Positions 11,796 through 22,267 of a stretch of 64,000 nucleotides of DNA are shown here, one piece after another (the first letter of the stretch is position 1; each line of letters begins with the position of its first letter). A program made the position numbers and the translations under genes. The notes beneath the pieces were generated by a model. The model had not been told where the DNA came from, did not search any database, and saw only the letters and a program-made list of their open reading frames with translations. Source of the DNA: Entomortierella parvispora E1425 (taxonomy: Eukaryota; Fungi; Mortierellomycota); the NCBI GenBank assembly GCA_020891255.1, contig BQFW01000006.1, positions 992,001-1,056,000 on the forward strand, given 5' to 3'.

Positions 11796-12791
11796 TTAGG
11801 CCTTGCAGAAGCCCTTGATCTTGCTGACCTCCTTGGCAGAGATATCCAAGCAGGCCTTGGCGCAAAGGTCGGCGGCACCCTTGAAGCGAATATTGACAGA
11901 GTTGGAGACATCAACATCGCCAGTAACATTGATCTTGATCAACAAGAGGTTGATCGAGAACTTCTTGACCTGGATATCAATGGCGGTCTTGATCTTGGTC
12001 GAGAGGGAGGCGGCGACCTTGTCCGAGATCTTGACAGAAGACTTTGTCGTCAACTTGACGGCATCCTTGACAATGTTGTGAGCCTGGAGCTTGATGCAAT
12101 CAGCATCATGCTTGGGGCAGCGCTTGGTGACGAGGGCAGCCAAGTTGGCGCGCAAATTGGCTGTGAACTGACCCTTGATCTGAACATCGACTTCATTGCG
12201 AACAGTGGCCTTGATCGAGGAGCGCAGAGCGGCGGAGAGCTTGGTGCCGAGACCGAAATCGATGTTGATAAGACCACTATGGAAAGGGAGCAAAAAAAAG
12301 GTGGAGAACGTAGAGAGTTGAGCGAACAAGAACTTTTGGTGGCACATCACGTGTGCTCAACACGCGTTCTTCGCCATTGGAACGACGATTCGCACTCTTT
12401 GCTCTCAGGGCGAAGGGCAAATGCCAACAGGAGAAAGCGACAAAGTGCAAACACCTCGTGTAAGCTACTTCTCAGTTTGCCTGACGGTGCAACCAAAGCA
12501 AGATTCGACAAGTCCGATAAGGCAAAAGAGTAAAAGAACTTACGAGATCTGAACGCGGAGGTCGGTGGAGATATCGGTGGACAAGTTGGCATCAGTGCAG
12601 ACATCAGCATAGGCCTTGACGACAATGTCAGAGTGTTCCTTGACCAAGAGATCCAAGGTAGCCTCGAAAGCGGCTCCAGCAACAGGCTTGGCGGCGCGAA
12701 CCTCAAGGGCCTGAACAGACTCTGCAACAGCAAAGCTGCAGAGCATGGCAAACATGGCCATGAAGAAGGCGAAAAGGGAAGGAGTTCTCAT
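11796..12791 (-). CDS. Secreted protein of unknown function (about 242 aa, signal peptide, 6 Cys in the mature part); 2 exons (12544-12791, 11796-12276)
   Basis: Signal peptide MRTPSLFAFFMAMFAMLCSFAVA. A GTAAGT...CATAG intron joins ORF 12540..12791 to ORF 11796..12350 in frame. Strong codon bias. Confidence 0.85.
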
Positions 12792-14442
12792 TGTGGAATA
12801 TGGGAGAGAAGGGTCGGTAAGGTTGAGTGGAGGAGGGAGTACTTCGTCAAGAAACGGAAGGGGATCTCTAGGCTGTTTGTTCTGTAAAAGAAAGTGTGGG
12901 GGGAGGGTGGAAGAAAGAGTTCAAAGAATTAAAAACTGAGGGGAACAGACCGTTATTTTATACAAATGAAGATGCCGGCACCCGGCTGGGATGTAAACAC
13001 TGTTGTACCGGGAAGACGGCATTTTCTTTTTGGTCCTCTCCTCAACAGTCGCAAAGTCGTGCTTGGGGGGATGCTGTCCCATCAACTCTAGCTGAGCACA
13101 ACAGAACATTTTTAAAGTTGCCTCTTTGTTGTCGCTTTGCTTAGGGGTCGTGAACATCTGGTAGCTCCCCACCAGCGGGGAGCTAATCGGCATGTGTGAG
13201 GTCCGTCAAGAATAGATTCAAGGATATCAAACCATTCAACCATTCATGTTACATGTGTGTTGTAGCCCGCACATTAAAGATCGAAACGAATTATCAGGTG
13301 TCGGGCAAGGTCACTGCACTCTACTACATTTACGAAAGATAAATACATAGCGCCCAAAGAGTAGAGTGCGTGCCTCCGAGTTGATACCCGTTACAGGCAT
13401 GTCAATGAGAGCACGCTAGCTATCGAAACTTGGGTCCAGATTCCTAAACGGATTGATAGGGGTGAGAGGGAAGGTGAAGCAACAGCAGAGCCGTGGAGAA
13501 ACCCAGGGGAGACGGGTTGACGAAGTGGACAGAGCGGCCAGTGGCCGTTTCTTCTCTTGAGAGCGCGATCTGGGTTGTGAGCTTTTTTTTTTTTTCTTTT
13601 TTCTCTTCTGTTACTCCCCTCCACCCTTCCTCTCTCCCCTTTTCTCGTTCTCTGTTGAACTCTCCATAAACTTCTGCCACCCGAAGGCGTTCTTCACTGC
13701 GCTGCGCCTTAGTTATTGCTAGAATCAAGGCAAGACAAAAGAATGAGTAAAGAGGCCAAGTGGTTGAGGATATACTGCAACATTCCTTTGCTAATCTGTG
13801 AACATGTAGTTAATATCACAGGCCACACGATAATGGCCTGAACAGGCTTAGTGCATTTATGCCAGGTGCCGATCAGCAGCTGGCCCAAGACCTTTTGCCT
13901 GTGCAGCTCTCAAAAAAAAGAAAACCTCCTGACTGAGAGCCGCTGGGTTTGCACTCTTCTGGTGAATCCATTCTGCAGCCTTGCACATGTTGTACCCTCG
14001 GGTCGGTGTATCTCGTAACCAAACAACAACAAGAGCGAGCAATGGAGCAGCTTTGCTGTTCATCCTTATATCCAATCCTGTACCTTTGTATCTTTCGGAT
14101 ACGCAACATTAATATGTGGGGCAAAAGATACAATCAAAGCCTGTTCCGTAGAAAGCTTCGGGCGGGCGTAGGCAACTCAGGCCATTTGTGTGGTCGATGC
14201 AGCCAGCTGTGGCGGCAAGGAAAGCCACGCTTTGAAGGACCTCATTTTTTGAGAGAGGACGCGTAGCTCATCGCGACAACTCCAAAGGGCTTTTGGACGG
14301 ACTGATGACCATGGGATGAGTACTGTTCAGTACTGTTTATATGAAAGGTTCTAGTATACAAGGAAATGGGATACAGGCTATGCACAGTATTCTACAAGTG
14401 TGGGTGTGGGCGGCTATATAAAAGATGAAATGGAAGTGGTAT

Positions 14443-15811
14443 CTACAGGTAACAAGATCGAGGCAATGAAGCAGGATCTGCAGGTTTGGTAATCTCTTTG
14501 TACCAGTGTCGGGGATCTGTCTCTCCAAGGCATTGGGCGACGGGCATGATATCCAAGCCGAGGCTCTGGACATACTCAACAGCCCAGATGCTGGTGGCCT
14601 CCTGATAAATGCCAGTCATGACCATATCGTCACGGTCAAGGGTCAAATAAGGCAAACCACGGACAGCCTCAGCCCATTTGTTGGAAGAGGATGAAGAAAA
14701 TACAAACTCGTCTTCGCCGTGGCGGTGTTGGTGATGTGCCATGGTCAACTGTGGTGCTGGAGAGTTGTTTGACTCTGCCGACATCACAAGCTCGTCGCTG
14801 TCATCTTCCTCTTCCCATCGAGAATCCTCCATCTCTTGGGAGGATGGGGAGGAATAGGAAGTGCGACTTTCACTATCCAAGCGATCAACATCCCAGAGAA
14901 TCATGACATAGCCCATCTCTTCCATAATGGCCCTGACACGTTCGGAATGTTCCCCAAAAGGAGGGCGCATGTAACGAGGAACAACTCCGAGAATACTACG
15001 AAACGCATCTTCGATTTTGCGCATCTCCAACCGGATGGCATCGTCATCGAGACCTTCCAGATCGCTGTGGGACCAAGGGTGGGCTGCAATCTGATGCTGT
15101 CCCTGAAAGGCGCGTTTCAAGAGCCGCTGGGATTCCTGACCTAAGAATACCCAAAAAGAAGAAAAAAAAAGTTCAGAAACAGAAACAGAAACAGCCCGCC
15201 GCCATCCTCACTAAATAGAAAAAAAAAATGCTTATTGTTGCTCCGAGTTATCACACATACCATAGATGCAACTCCAGTTGTCGCCGTTCATGAAAAATGT
15301 AACCTTGAGTCCTTGTTCATCCAAAAAGTCAAGCAATTCGTCAGTCAGTTGTCCTGGACCGTCATCGAAAGAGATGGCGTAAGAGTTGGGCTGTACGCAA
15401 GAGTCGAGAATTTGCCCTGGTTGGTACAGGGGCTGCGAGGTTGATGACGTTGAGACGGGATAAGGAAAATGTGCAAGGTTGTTGTCATTGAGCTGTTTGT
15501 TGCTGCCCGTTGAACGGGGACTACGTGCGATAGGAGCGGCGGTGGCTTTAATATAGAAAGAGGGTCGGTCAGAGAACAGCAGTGTTAGGTTGTTAGGTAA
15601 GAGTTCTTTGAGAGCCTTGGGAGGCTGTTTGCGTTTTTAGTGCTGCAACAGTCAGAGGGGCCACAACTGCTCACTGAGCTCAGTGCTTTTAGGAGGTGGT
15701 GATCTCTCTGTCGATCTGTGCGGAGAGGGAGCTCTCAGTACCTTGTAGGGATATTGAGTGAAGGGTTACTGTGGTTGCCATAATGGCGGTGAGTATGGAG
15801 AGAGAGCGCAT
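14443..15811 (-). CDS. Secreted polysaccharide/chitin deacetylase-like protein (CE4, NodB domain), divergent; 3 exons (15742-15811, 15261-15545, 14443-15140)
   Basis: Signal peptide MRSLSILTAIMATTVTL. CE4 motif 1 SFDDGP, motif 2 HPWSH, motif 3 RPPFG and motif 4 WDVDRLD are present; motif 5 (LxHD) is not found. Confidence 0.85.
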
Positions 15812-16285
15812 TCGTGTCAAGGAGCAGTGAAGGAAGTGTTGAACAAAGAGTTGACGACCGAGCAACAAGAGCGTTGTGGAGGTGTCCGTATGAGAGAGTA
15901 GGCGAGATAAAAGGAGTGTTGGGAATGTCCAGGAGCTGTCCGTCTTTATATCGCAGGTGCCAAGACGTCTGAAGGTCCGACACAACAGTAGCCGATGATA
16001 ACAGGCTGACCAACCAGCACCTGCTATTTGTACGGCGTTGTAATTGTAATAGCAACCCATGACGAGGATTGGGCACAGTGGGCGGTGCGGGAACAGGTCA
16101 AAAATAGTATACATACGCAATATGACGCCCTGTGCGGCAGACGGGCACATGCCTTGCTTCATCCCTGGAAGGAAATAAAGGGTTGCTCGTTTGCCACCAA
16201 CGTTCACCAACACCATCCAACGCAATGAAGATCTGTATCATCTCATCTTTGTCTCTCTCGTTCATTCCAACTCTCGCGGACACAG

Positions 16286-18604
16286 ATGATCTACCTCGAA
16301 GACCTTCCTCTTGAGATTGTCCATGCCATCATCTCGCAATGCAGCCCTCACGACTTGACCGTGGCCGCTCGCGTGTGTCGACAGTGGCTCTCTATCATGC
16401 AACCAATTATCTGGGAAAAAGTCGTTATCAATGACCCAGCAACTTTTCATCGATTCAAGGATGGTAACCGAAAAGCAGCAGCCATAGCACGGAACGGGCA
16501 CCTCATAAGGCATCTGCGAACTCGCTACTTAGGTATCCTGGACGACCTCCTGGTCACGCCTAACAAAAAAACGCGAAGCAAATCCCCAGGGTCAAGTGTT
16601 GCTTCAATCATCCCGACTACCCCTAGAGCAGCCTGTGTGAACTTGGAATGTCTTTTCGTTGATAGCGAGCCAGATCCTGAGCTCCCAGCAGTCAATCCAT
16701 TCTCTTGGCATCAGCGAGAGATCCAAAAGCCTATTAGCCCATCCCCACCCACGATGCCACTGGCAGTTGCATTCGGAGGACAGCTTCCTGCCGTATCAGT
16801 TGCTTCGACTACTACAGCGTTTCCAACCGGCACAATGGCAGCAGCATCTACGGCACCAGTGGCACTTTCTCTTGGCGAACAATCACCCGATCCGTCCTCA
16901 TCTATTACTGGCGCATTTCAGTCAAATTCAGGCACGACTTCAACATCCACGGCGGCTCCAATCGGAGGACAACAGCCAGTTTTGTTTTCTACATTTGTAG
17001 GGGCTTCCTTGGCTAACTCAATGGAAGCCACAACGCCAACATGGACGAACGCTCCATTCGCCGGTCAGCTACCTGATCCGTCCTCGGTGTCATTTGGAGC
17101 ATTCCAAGAAAGCACGATGGCTGCCACCATACCAGCAGCTGCACCGCTGTCTGCGATTACAAACCCTCCCCGCGATCTCTCACTCTTGCGCAGAGAGATC
17201 CACGTACCACCCCCACCAACCCCCATTGATCCAACCAACCTATCCATTTTGCTTTGCAGCAACCCAGGACTCAAAATGTTGACTTTGAACGGCCGAGCTG
17301 TAGATGAGGACCATGTTTTATCACAGGTTATTCAAGACCTCCCATCTGACATTGAATTCTTGAGTATCAAAGGGACAATGGACCAGTTTCAGCTCACAAC
17401 GACCGACACGTCAGACTCACCCGAGGATGCGCCAGATGAGCAAATGAACCGGTTCAATAAGCTACAGGAGATTCGCCTTGGAGGAGACAAAATCAACAAC
17501 CAGATAATAGCTCGACTTATTCAGCAGAGCCCCGTCGTTGAAACCTTTCGCCTCATCACAAAGACTACGATCAATAGCCATGATATGGCATCGTTATTTC
17601 GGAAATATTGCTATAATTTGAAAGAGCTGTATCTTGATAACTATTATGAAACCGGGCCCGAATCAGATGTAGCTTTGGCGAACTATCTCTCAATGAGCAC
17701 CAAAGGCTGGATAACGATTGGAATCCCAGGAGTTCCAGTAGGGCCCCTTTCCGTATCGGCTCTTCTCAAGCACTATTCGACATTGGAGAATCTGAAGATT
17801 CAAGGCTGTTCCGGGATCTCAAGTGCCAACATCCAACAGATTTTGACCACAGCAGCGAATTTGAAACAATTCCGGGCTTTAACACCACATCGCTCCCCTC
17901 ATAGTAGCGATCTTGCTCTCGATGCAGAGGACCTGATCCGGTCAAGTTGGGTTTGTCTTGGACTGGAAAGCTTTCGGTGTGTGATCACTGGAGTGCCGCG
18001 TCCAGATATCAAGCACAAGATGAATGGTCGACCTTTGACTGGACGACTTCACGAATTTTCTCTTCAAGATAGCTACCATGTTCATCGCCAAGTTTATGAA
18101 CAGTTGTCTGCGCTGACGAGACTGAAAGAGCTTCGACTGGGCTTTAGCATTTGGGATTCAGGCTGGCGAGAGAACTTTTACGAGGATGAGGAGAATGAAG
18201 GGGAATATTCTGAAATAGGGCAAAGGATGGCGCAGGATGATCGAGTTTTCCGTCCTTACACACCACGTCATTTGGAATTGGGACGTCAGTATGAGTGTCT
18301 GGCATTGACCCTGGAAAGCGGACTCGATATTCTCCGAACGCTTACAGAGCTAGAGGTAATTGACTTTAGGAGGATGCAGATTGGATACTGGCGCGAGTCC
18401 GAGCAATTGTGGGCTAGGGAGCATTGGAAGAAGTTAGGCGCGCCATATCAAAAGTTCCCGTTCGTGGACAGGGATTACGAAGACCCCTTCTGGAAACCGT
18501 TGGACGAGCTGGATGAAATGACACGAGAAGACGAGCATACGCATCCCGAACTCGAGGAGGACATTATGCATCTTTACGTTCCGCCCGTGTTAGTGGCTTC
18601 TTGA
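16286..18604 (+). CDS. F-box/leucine-rich-repeat protein (772 aa, single exon) with a low-complexity insertion
   Basis: F-box LEDLPLEIVHAIISQCSPHDLTVAARVCRQW, LRR segments, and the C-terminal block WVCLGLESF...VYEQLSALTRLKELRLG...CLALTLESGLDIL. Confidence 0.88.
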   Translation: MIYLEDLPLEIVHAIISQCSPHDLTVAARVCRQWLSIMQPIIWEKVVINDPATFHRFKDGNRKAAAIARNGHLIRHLRTRYLGILDDLLVTPNKKTRSKSPGSSVASIIPTTPRAACVNLECLFVDSEPDPELPAVNPFSWHQREIQKPISPSPPTMPLAVAFGGQLPAVSVASTTTAFPTGTMAAASTAPVALSLGEQSPDPSSSITGAFQSNSGTTSTSTAAPIGGQQPVLFSTFVGASLANSMEATTPTWTNAPFAGQLPDPSSVSFGAFQESTMAATIPAAAPLSAITNPPRDLSLLRREIHVPPPPTPIDPTNLSILLCSNPGLKMLTLNGRAVDEDHVLSQVIQDLPSDIEFLSIKGTMDQFQLTTTDTSDSPEDAPDEQMNRFNKLQEIRLGGDKINNQIIARLIQQSPVVETFRLITKTTINSHDMASLFRKYCYNLKELYLDNYYETGPESDVALANYLSMSTKGWITIGIPGVPVGPLSVSALLKHYSTLENLKIQGCSGISSANIQQILTTAANLKQFRALTPHRSPHSSDLALDAEDLIRSSWVCLGLESFRCVITGVPRPDIKHKMNGRPLTGRLHEFSLQDSYHVHRQVYEQLSALTRLKELRLGFSIWDSGWRENFYEDEENEGEYSEIGQRMAQDDRVFRPYTPRHLELGRQYECLALTLESGLDILRTLTELEVIDFRRMQIGYWRESEQLWAREHWKKLGAPYQKFPFVDRDYEDPFWKPLDELDEMTREDEHTHPELEEDIMHLYVPPVLVAS

Positions 18605-18749
18605 AGACCATTTCCTCTCAGAATAACAAAGCCATGTCCAGTTTTTTTTTTGGAGTAAATAATTTCTATGGTGAACCACGTGGAGAAGAGGGCATCTGGT
18701 GCCCTCTTGGAAATATTGACTGGACGGTTGTTGTGAATACCAGGCATCC

Positions 18750-18938
18750 ATGACAAGAGTCGACCAAGAAGGGAGACGAGCCATGCCCTTCTTCTATCCT
18801 GGGAAAGAAACAAAGGATTGCGCTCTGCCACCAGTGAATTACAAGGACCCATTTTGGAAACCATTGGATGGGTTGGACAAGTCGGTGCGAGAAGAGCACG
18901 CTGACCCACAATTTGAAGAGGACATCTTGCGTCTTTAA
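18750..18938 (+). pseudogene. Diverged duplicate of the F-box gene C-terminus (paralog remnant or alternative last exon)
   Basis: YKDPFWKPLDGLDKSVREEHADPQFEEDILRL aligns with the upstream gene's YEDPFWKPLDELDEMTREDEHTHPELEEDIMHL. Confidence 0.6.
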
Positions 18939-19075
18939 CGCTCTTCCGACATTTGGGGCCCTTTGAATACCGTTTTCTCTTCAAATCGTATTCAACTGTT
19001 GCGACGTCTTTGTGTACCCCATGTTTATTGTGTTACATAGGATGCAAGTGATTAATGGCGAAGGTTCCAATGGTT

Positions 19076-19903
19076 CTAGTTGTCAATGCCGTCCAGAGGA
19101 ACGTCAATCTCAAATCCAAGCGCTTTGGTGATCTCTGTGTCCAAAAGATATTTCAATGAGTGATGGTCTCGATTGTAGAACCAAGTCTTGTGAACTAGAT
19201 CGTAGTCGTAGCGTTTGGGCCCACTGGTAGGAGAGGAGAGCCAAAGCTGCTTGTTGGGGGGTTGCTTGTTGACAACATAGGTGCCTTTGACTCCCAGCTT
19301 CAAGGTCATGACGCCGCTCTATTTGTAGAGTATTAGCATTAGTTCTTTGATTCACATTTCTCGGCGACGCGGGGTCAAGGAAGCATACAACGCTCTCCAC
19401 ACACGCAGACACACCTTTTTGCATGAACTCACCTGATATTCAACATCATATCCAGGAATTTCATGCGCATCGCCAATATCCTCGAAGTACTCGACCATTC
19501 TGTCCATGCAAGCATCAGAGATGTTGTGATAGTCGTCGTCCGGAAGGTCACTGAAAAAAAAAGAACAAAAAAAACAGTATAAGAATCGACCAAACGGCCG
19601 TTATCCAGCATGTTTTCCATTCGACACTGATCCCGGGAATATGGCACTTTAACAGTACCTGATGGAATATTGAGGTTCTGGGGTGGAGGTCGAGTAGAGG
19701 CGCGATGGGTTGGGTCCAGTCAGGAGTGGGGTCGTGTTGGAGTTGGCCCAGATGGATGTCTGTCCATGACGACGAACGATTGTCGCGGCAGCAGCGCTGG
19801 CTGCCGTCCGGGACGAGCATGCTCGGGTGAGGAATGAGGGAGTCCGTGTCCGCGATCCAGCGAGGAGCGTCCTTGCCGTGGTCCTGAATGCGATCGATGC
19901 CAT
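19076..19903 (-). CDS. YFH1: Frataxin (mitochondrial iron chaperone); 3 exons
   Basis: R/A/T-rich presequence, acidic helix ([20 protein letters not shown]), and the signature [38 protein letters not shown]. Confidence 0.96.
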
Positions 19904-20228
19904 CGTTGCCGACTGATGTGGATGTCTGCTTGCTTGCTTTGCTTTCTTGCAAGAATGCGGATCGCGCCTTCCTCGTTCGGAATGAGACTTGCAGCGCAGT
20001 CACAGTTTCGAGGCACCGTGGGATGAAATGAACAATTGGTTGCAAATGAGGACAGGGATGCCAGGGATGACGCCATTGCATTCATCTGTCAGCCTTCATG
20101 TCTGTCTACCTGTCTGCTCATCCTTATTCACATGCATGTCCATGCGTGCGCATGATATTCCTTCGCTACTGTGCACCTTCATATCCTTCTGCGCAAGTGC
20201 TTCCCCCGCACTTTTCCTAGAAAAGTGG

Positions 20229-20259
20229 GGCCAATTGGCCACCGGAGGAGCGCTTCCGG
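20229..20259. promoter_or_regulatory. Palindromic double CCAAT box (GGCCAATTGGCC) plus CCGGA-N8-TCCGG inverted repeat in the frataxin/uricase divergent promoter
   Basis: Perfect 12-bp palindrome at 20229-20240 and inverted repeat at 20242-20259, about midway between the two start codons. Function is inferred. Confidence 0.4.
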
Positions 20260-20551
20260 TCGGAACCCTTCGGCTTTCCACTGCCTCCGGCTCCTCGCGG
20301 TGCATTTCCGTCCCCCGCCTTGGCTTCTGGTGCTGGTGGGGTTCACAATTTGACGAAGCAATTGAACCTTTCTCAGCTTTGACTCCCCCGCATTTCTTTG
20401 TTCGTGCCGTCAGCGCTGTGACCTTCGTCACCAATAAAAGACCCCGGGTTTCTTGTCTCTCTTCTCTCTTTTCCTTTTCTTTTCCCTCAACCCTCCAACG
20501 TCTCTCTCCCCTACCAACTACCCCACTCTCCAACAAGAAAACATATCTACA

Positions 20552-21511
20552 ATGGCCAACCCCTCCGTTAACGTTTACCTCGACAAGCAGGAGTATGGAA
20601 AGGATCGTGTTCGCCTTCTCAAGGTCCACAAGGACACCAAGGTCCACCGTGTTGATGACTTGACCATCCGTGTTCTCCTCTCTGGAGAGGCTTTCACCAC
20701 CTCCTACACCGAGGCCTCCAACAAGGCCGTCGTTGCCACCGACTCCATGAAGAACACCTGCTACATTCTCGCAAAGTCCTCCAAGGTTGTCGACACCCTC
20801 GAGTTGTTCGCTGCTGAGCTCGCCAACCACTTCTTGAACACCTATGCCTGGGTCCAGGGCGCTCACGTTACCATCATCCGCCACCGCTGGGCTCGCATGA
20901 TCGTCGATGGCAAGCCCCACAACCACTCTTTCTGGAGAGACGGTGATGAGACCCGCCAGACCGACATCTTCATCAAGCGTGGACAGAACGCTCAGGATCG
21001 CACTGTTGAGCTCAAGTCCGCCATCTCTGGATTGTTGGTTCTCAAGACCACCGGCTCTTCTTTCGAGGACTTTGTCCGTGATGAGTACACCACTTTGCCC
21101 GAGGCCAAGGACAGAATCTTGTCGACTTGCGTTGAAGCCAACTGGGACTTTACCCTCCCCTTCATCCACAACTCTGCCTCGTTGTTGCCCACCTTGTCCC
21201 AGGTTCCCTTCAACGCCATCTACGATTCTGTCCGTGAGGTGACTTGCAAGACCTTTGCTGAGGATGAGTCTGCCTCCGTCCAGGCCACCCTCTATAAGAT
21301 GGCTGCTCAGTCCATCCAGAATTGGAAGTGGGTCCAGAAGGTTGCCTATGCTTTGCCCAACCGTCACTTCTTCCCCGTTGACTTGAAGTACTTCCGTGGC
21401 ACCCAGAACTTGAACGAGCACGCCGATGTCTACCAGCCCGTTGCCGATCCCTCTGGATTGATCACCGCCACCGTCACTCGTGCTCCTGACACCTCCGTTG
21501 CCCGCCTTTAA
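20552..21511 (+). CDS. UOX: Urate oxidase (uricase), intronless, with C-terminal PTS1-like tripeptide ARL
   Basis: Motifs YGKDRVRLLKV, VVATDSMKNTCY, LVLKTTGSSFEDF, SASVQATLY and YALPNRHFF. ATG at 20552 within ORF 20453..21511. Confidence 0.98.
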   Translation: MANPSVNVYLDKQEYGKDRVRLLKVHKDTKVHRVDDLTIRVLLSGEAFTTSYTEASNKAVVATDSMKNTCYILAKSSKVVDTLELFAAELANHFLNTYAWVQGAHVTIIRHRWARMIVDGKPHNHSFWRDGDETRQTDIFIKRGQNAQDRTVELKSAISGLLVLKTTGSSFEDFVRDEYTTLPEAKDRILSTCVEANWDFTLPFIHNSASLLPTLSQVPFNAIYDSVREVTCKTFAEDESASVQATLYKMAAQSIQNWKWVQKVAYALPNRHFFPVDLKYFRGTQNLNEHADVYQPVADPSGLITATVTRAPDTSVARL

Positions 21512-22267
21512 GTTTTTGGCGACGCCAATGGGTTATACCAACGGAAAGGGAACTCTTGGACTGTTGTATTCCTTGATCTGATCTTTGAGAGACGGTAAAG
21601 GAACAAAGAGAAAGAGAGCCACCTTTTCTGTGTTCATTTGTTTGGTTTATTCTTTTTTCTTTTTCTGCACTCTTCACTGGTGTGCCAGGAAAGAAAGAGG
21701 GAGAAGAGGGGGATTTGTGGGTTTACGAAGGAGGAGGTCCAATTGGTTGTAATAACAGTTTTTGTTCGGACAAGGGGTATCATCTAGTGGTAGGGGGTAC
21801 CTCGCAACGACAAACATATCGTCAAACGTTTTTTTTTTTATTTTTCATTTCCATCTTAGAATTATTTTTTTTTTATTCTCATGTTTTTTCTCTTTTTTTG
21901 TAATTTTTATATTTTATTCTTTCAACGCAAACTCTTTCCGTTTTTTGTTCTGGGTTCCCTCATGTCAGATCAGAAAAAAACTGTTATTCACATATCCATT
22001 TTTATCGCTTTTTTTTTCTTTCTCACTTTTCTCTTCTTTTCACTTTCTTTTCACGTACTTCATCGTCTTTTGTTTGTGGAAAAAGAAAAAGAAAATAAAA
22101 TAAGCACTTGTACATATCAACTCATCTCCTTGCGAAAATGAAGCCTGAGTGACGAGGGAAGGGCATCGGGGGCCATTTGTGTACTTCTTGAAATATTGCG
22201 CTCGGATAAAAAAACGGCCGTTCCTTTTGGTTTAAACTTTTAGTAATGTTCACTGTATTGTAGAAGT

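Noticed and set aside
11410-11929. ORFs with long SLSLSL tracts
   Set aside because: They are translations of the (GA)n microsatellite.
11772-12533. 253-aa ORF on the plus strand
   Set aside because: Antisense shadow of the codon-biased secreted-protein gene, and it runs through that gene's intron.
20096-21421. 441-aa ORF antisense to uricase
   Set aside because: It mirrors the strongly biased codons of the uricase gene, has no recognisable motifs, and is a typical antisense shadow ORF.
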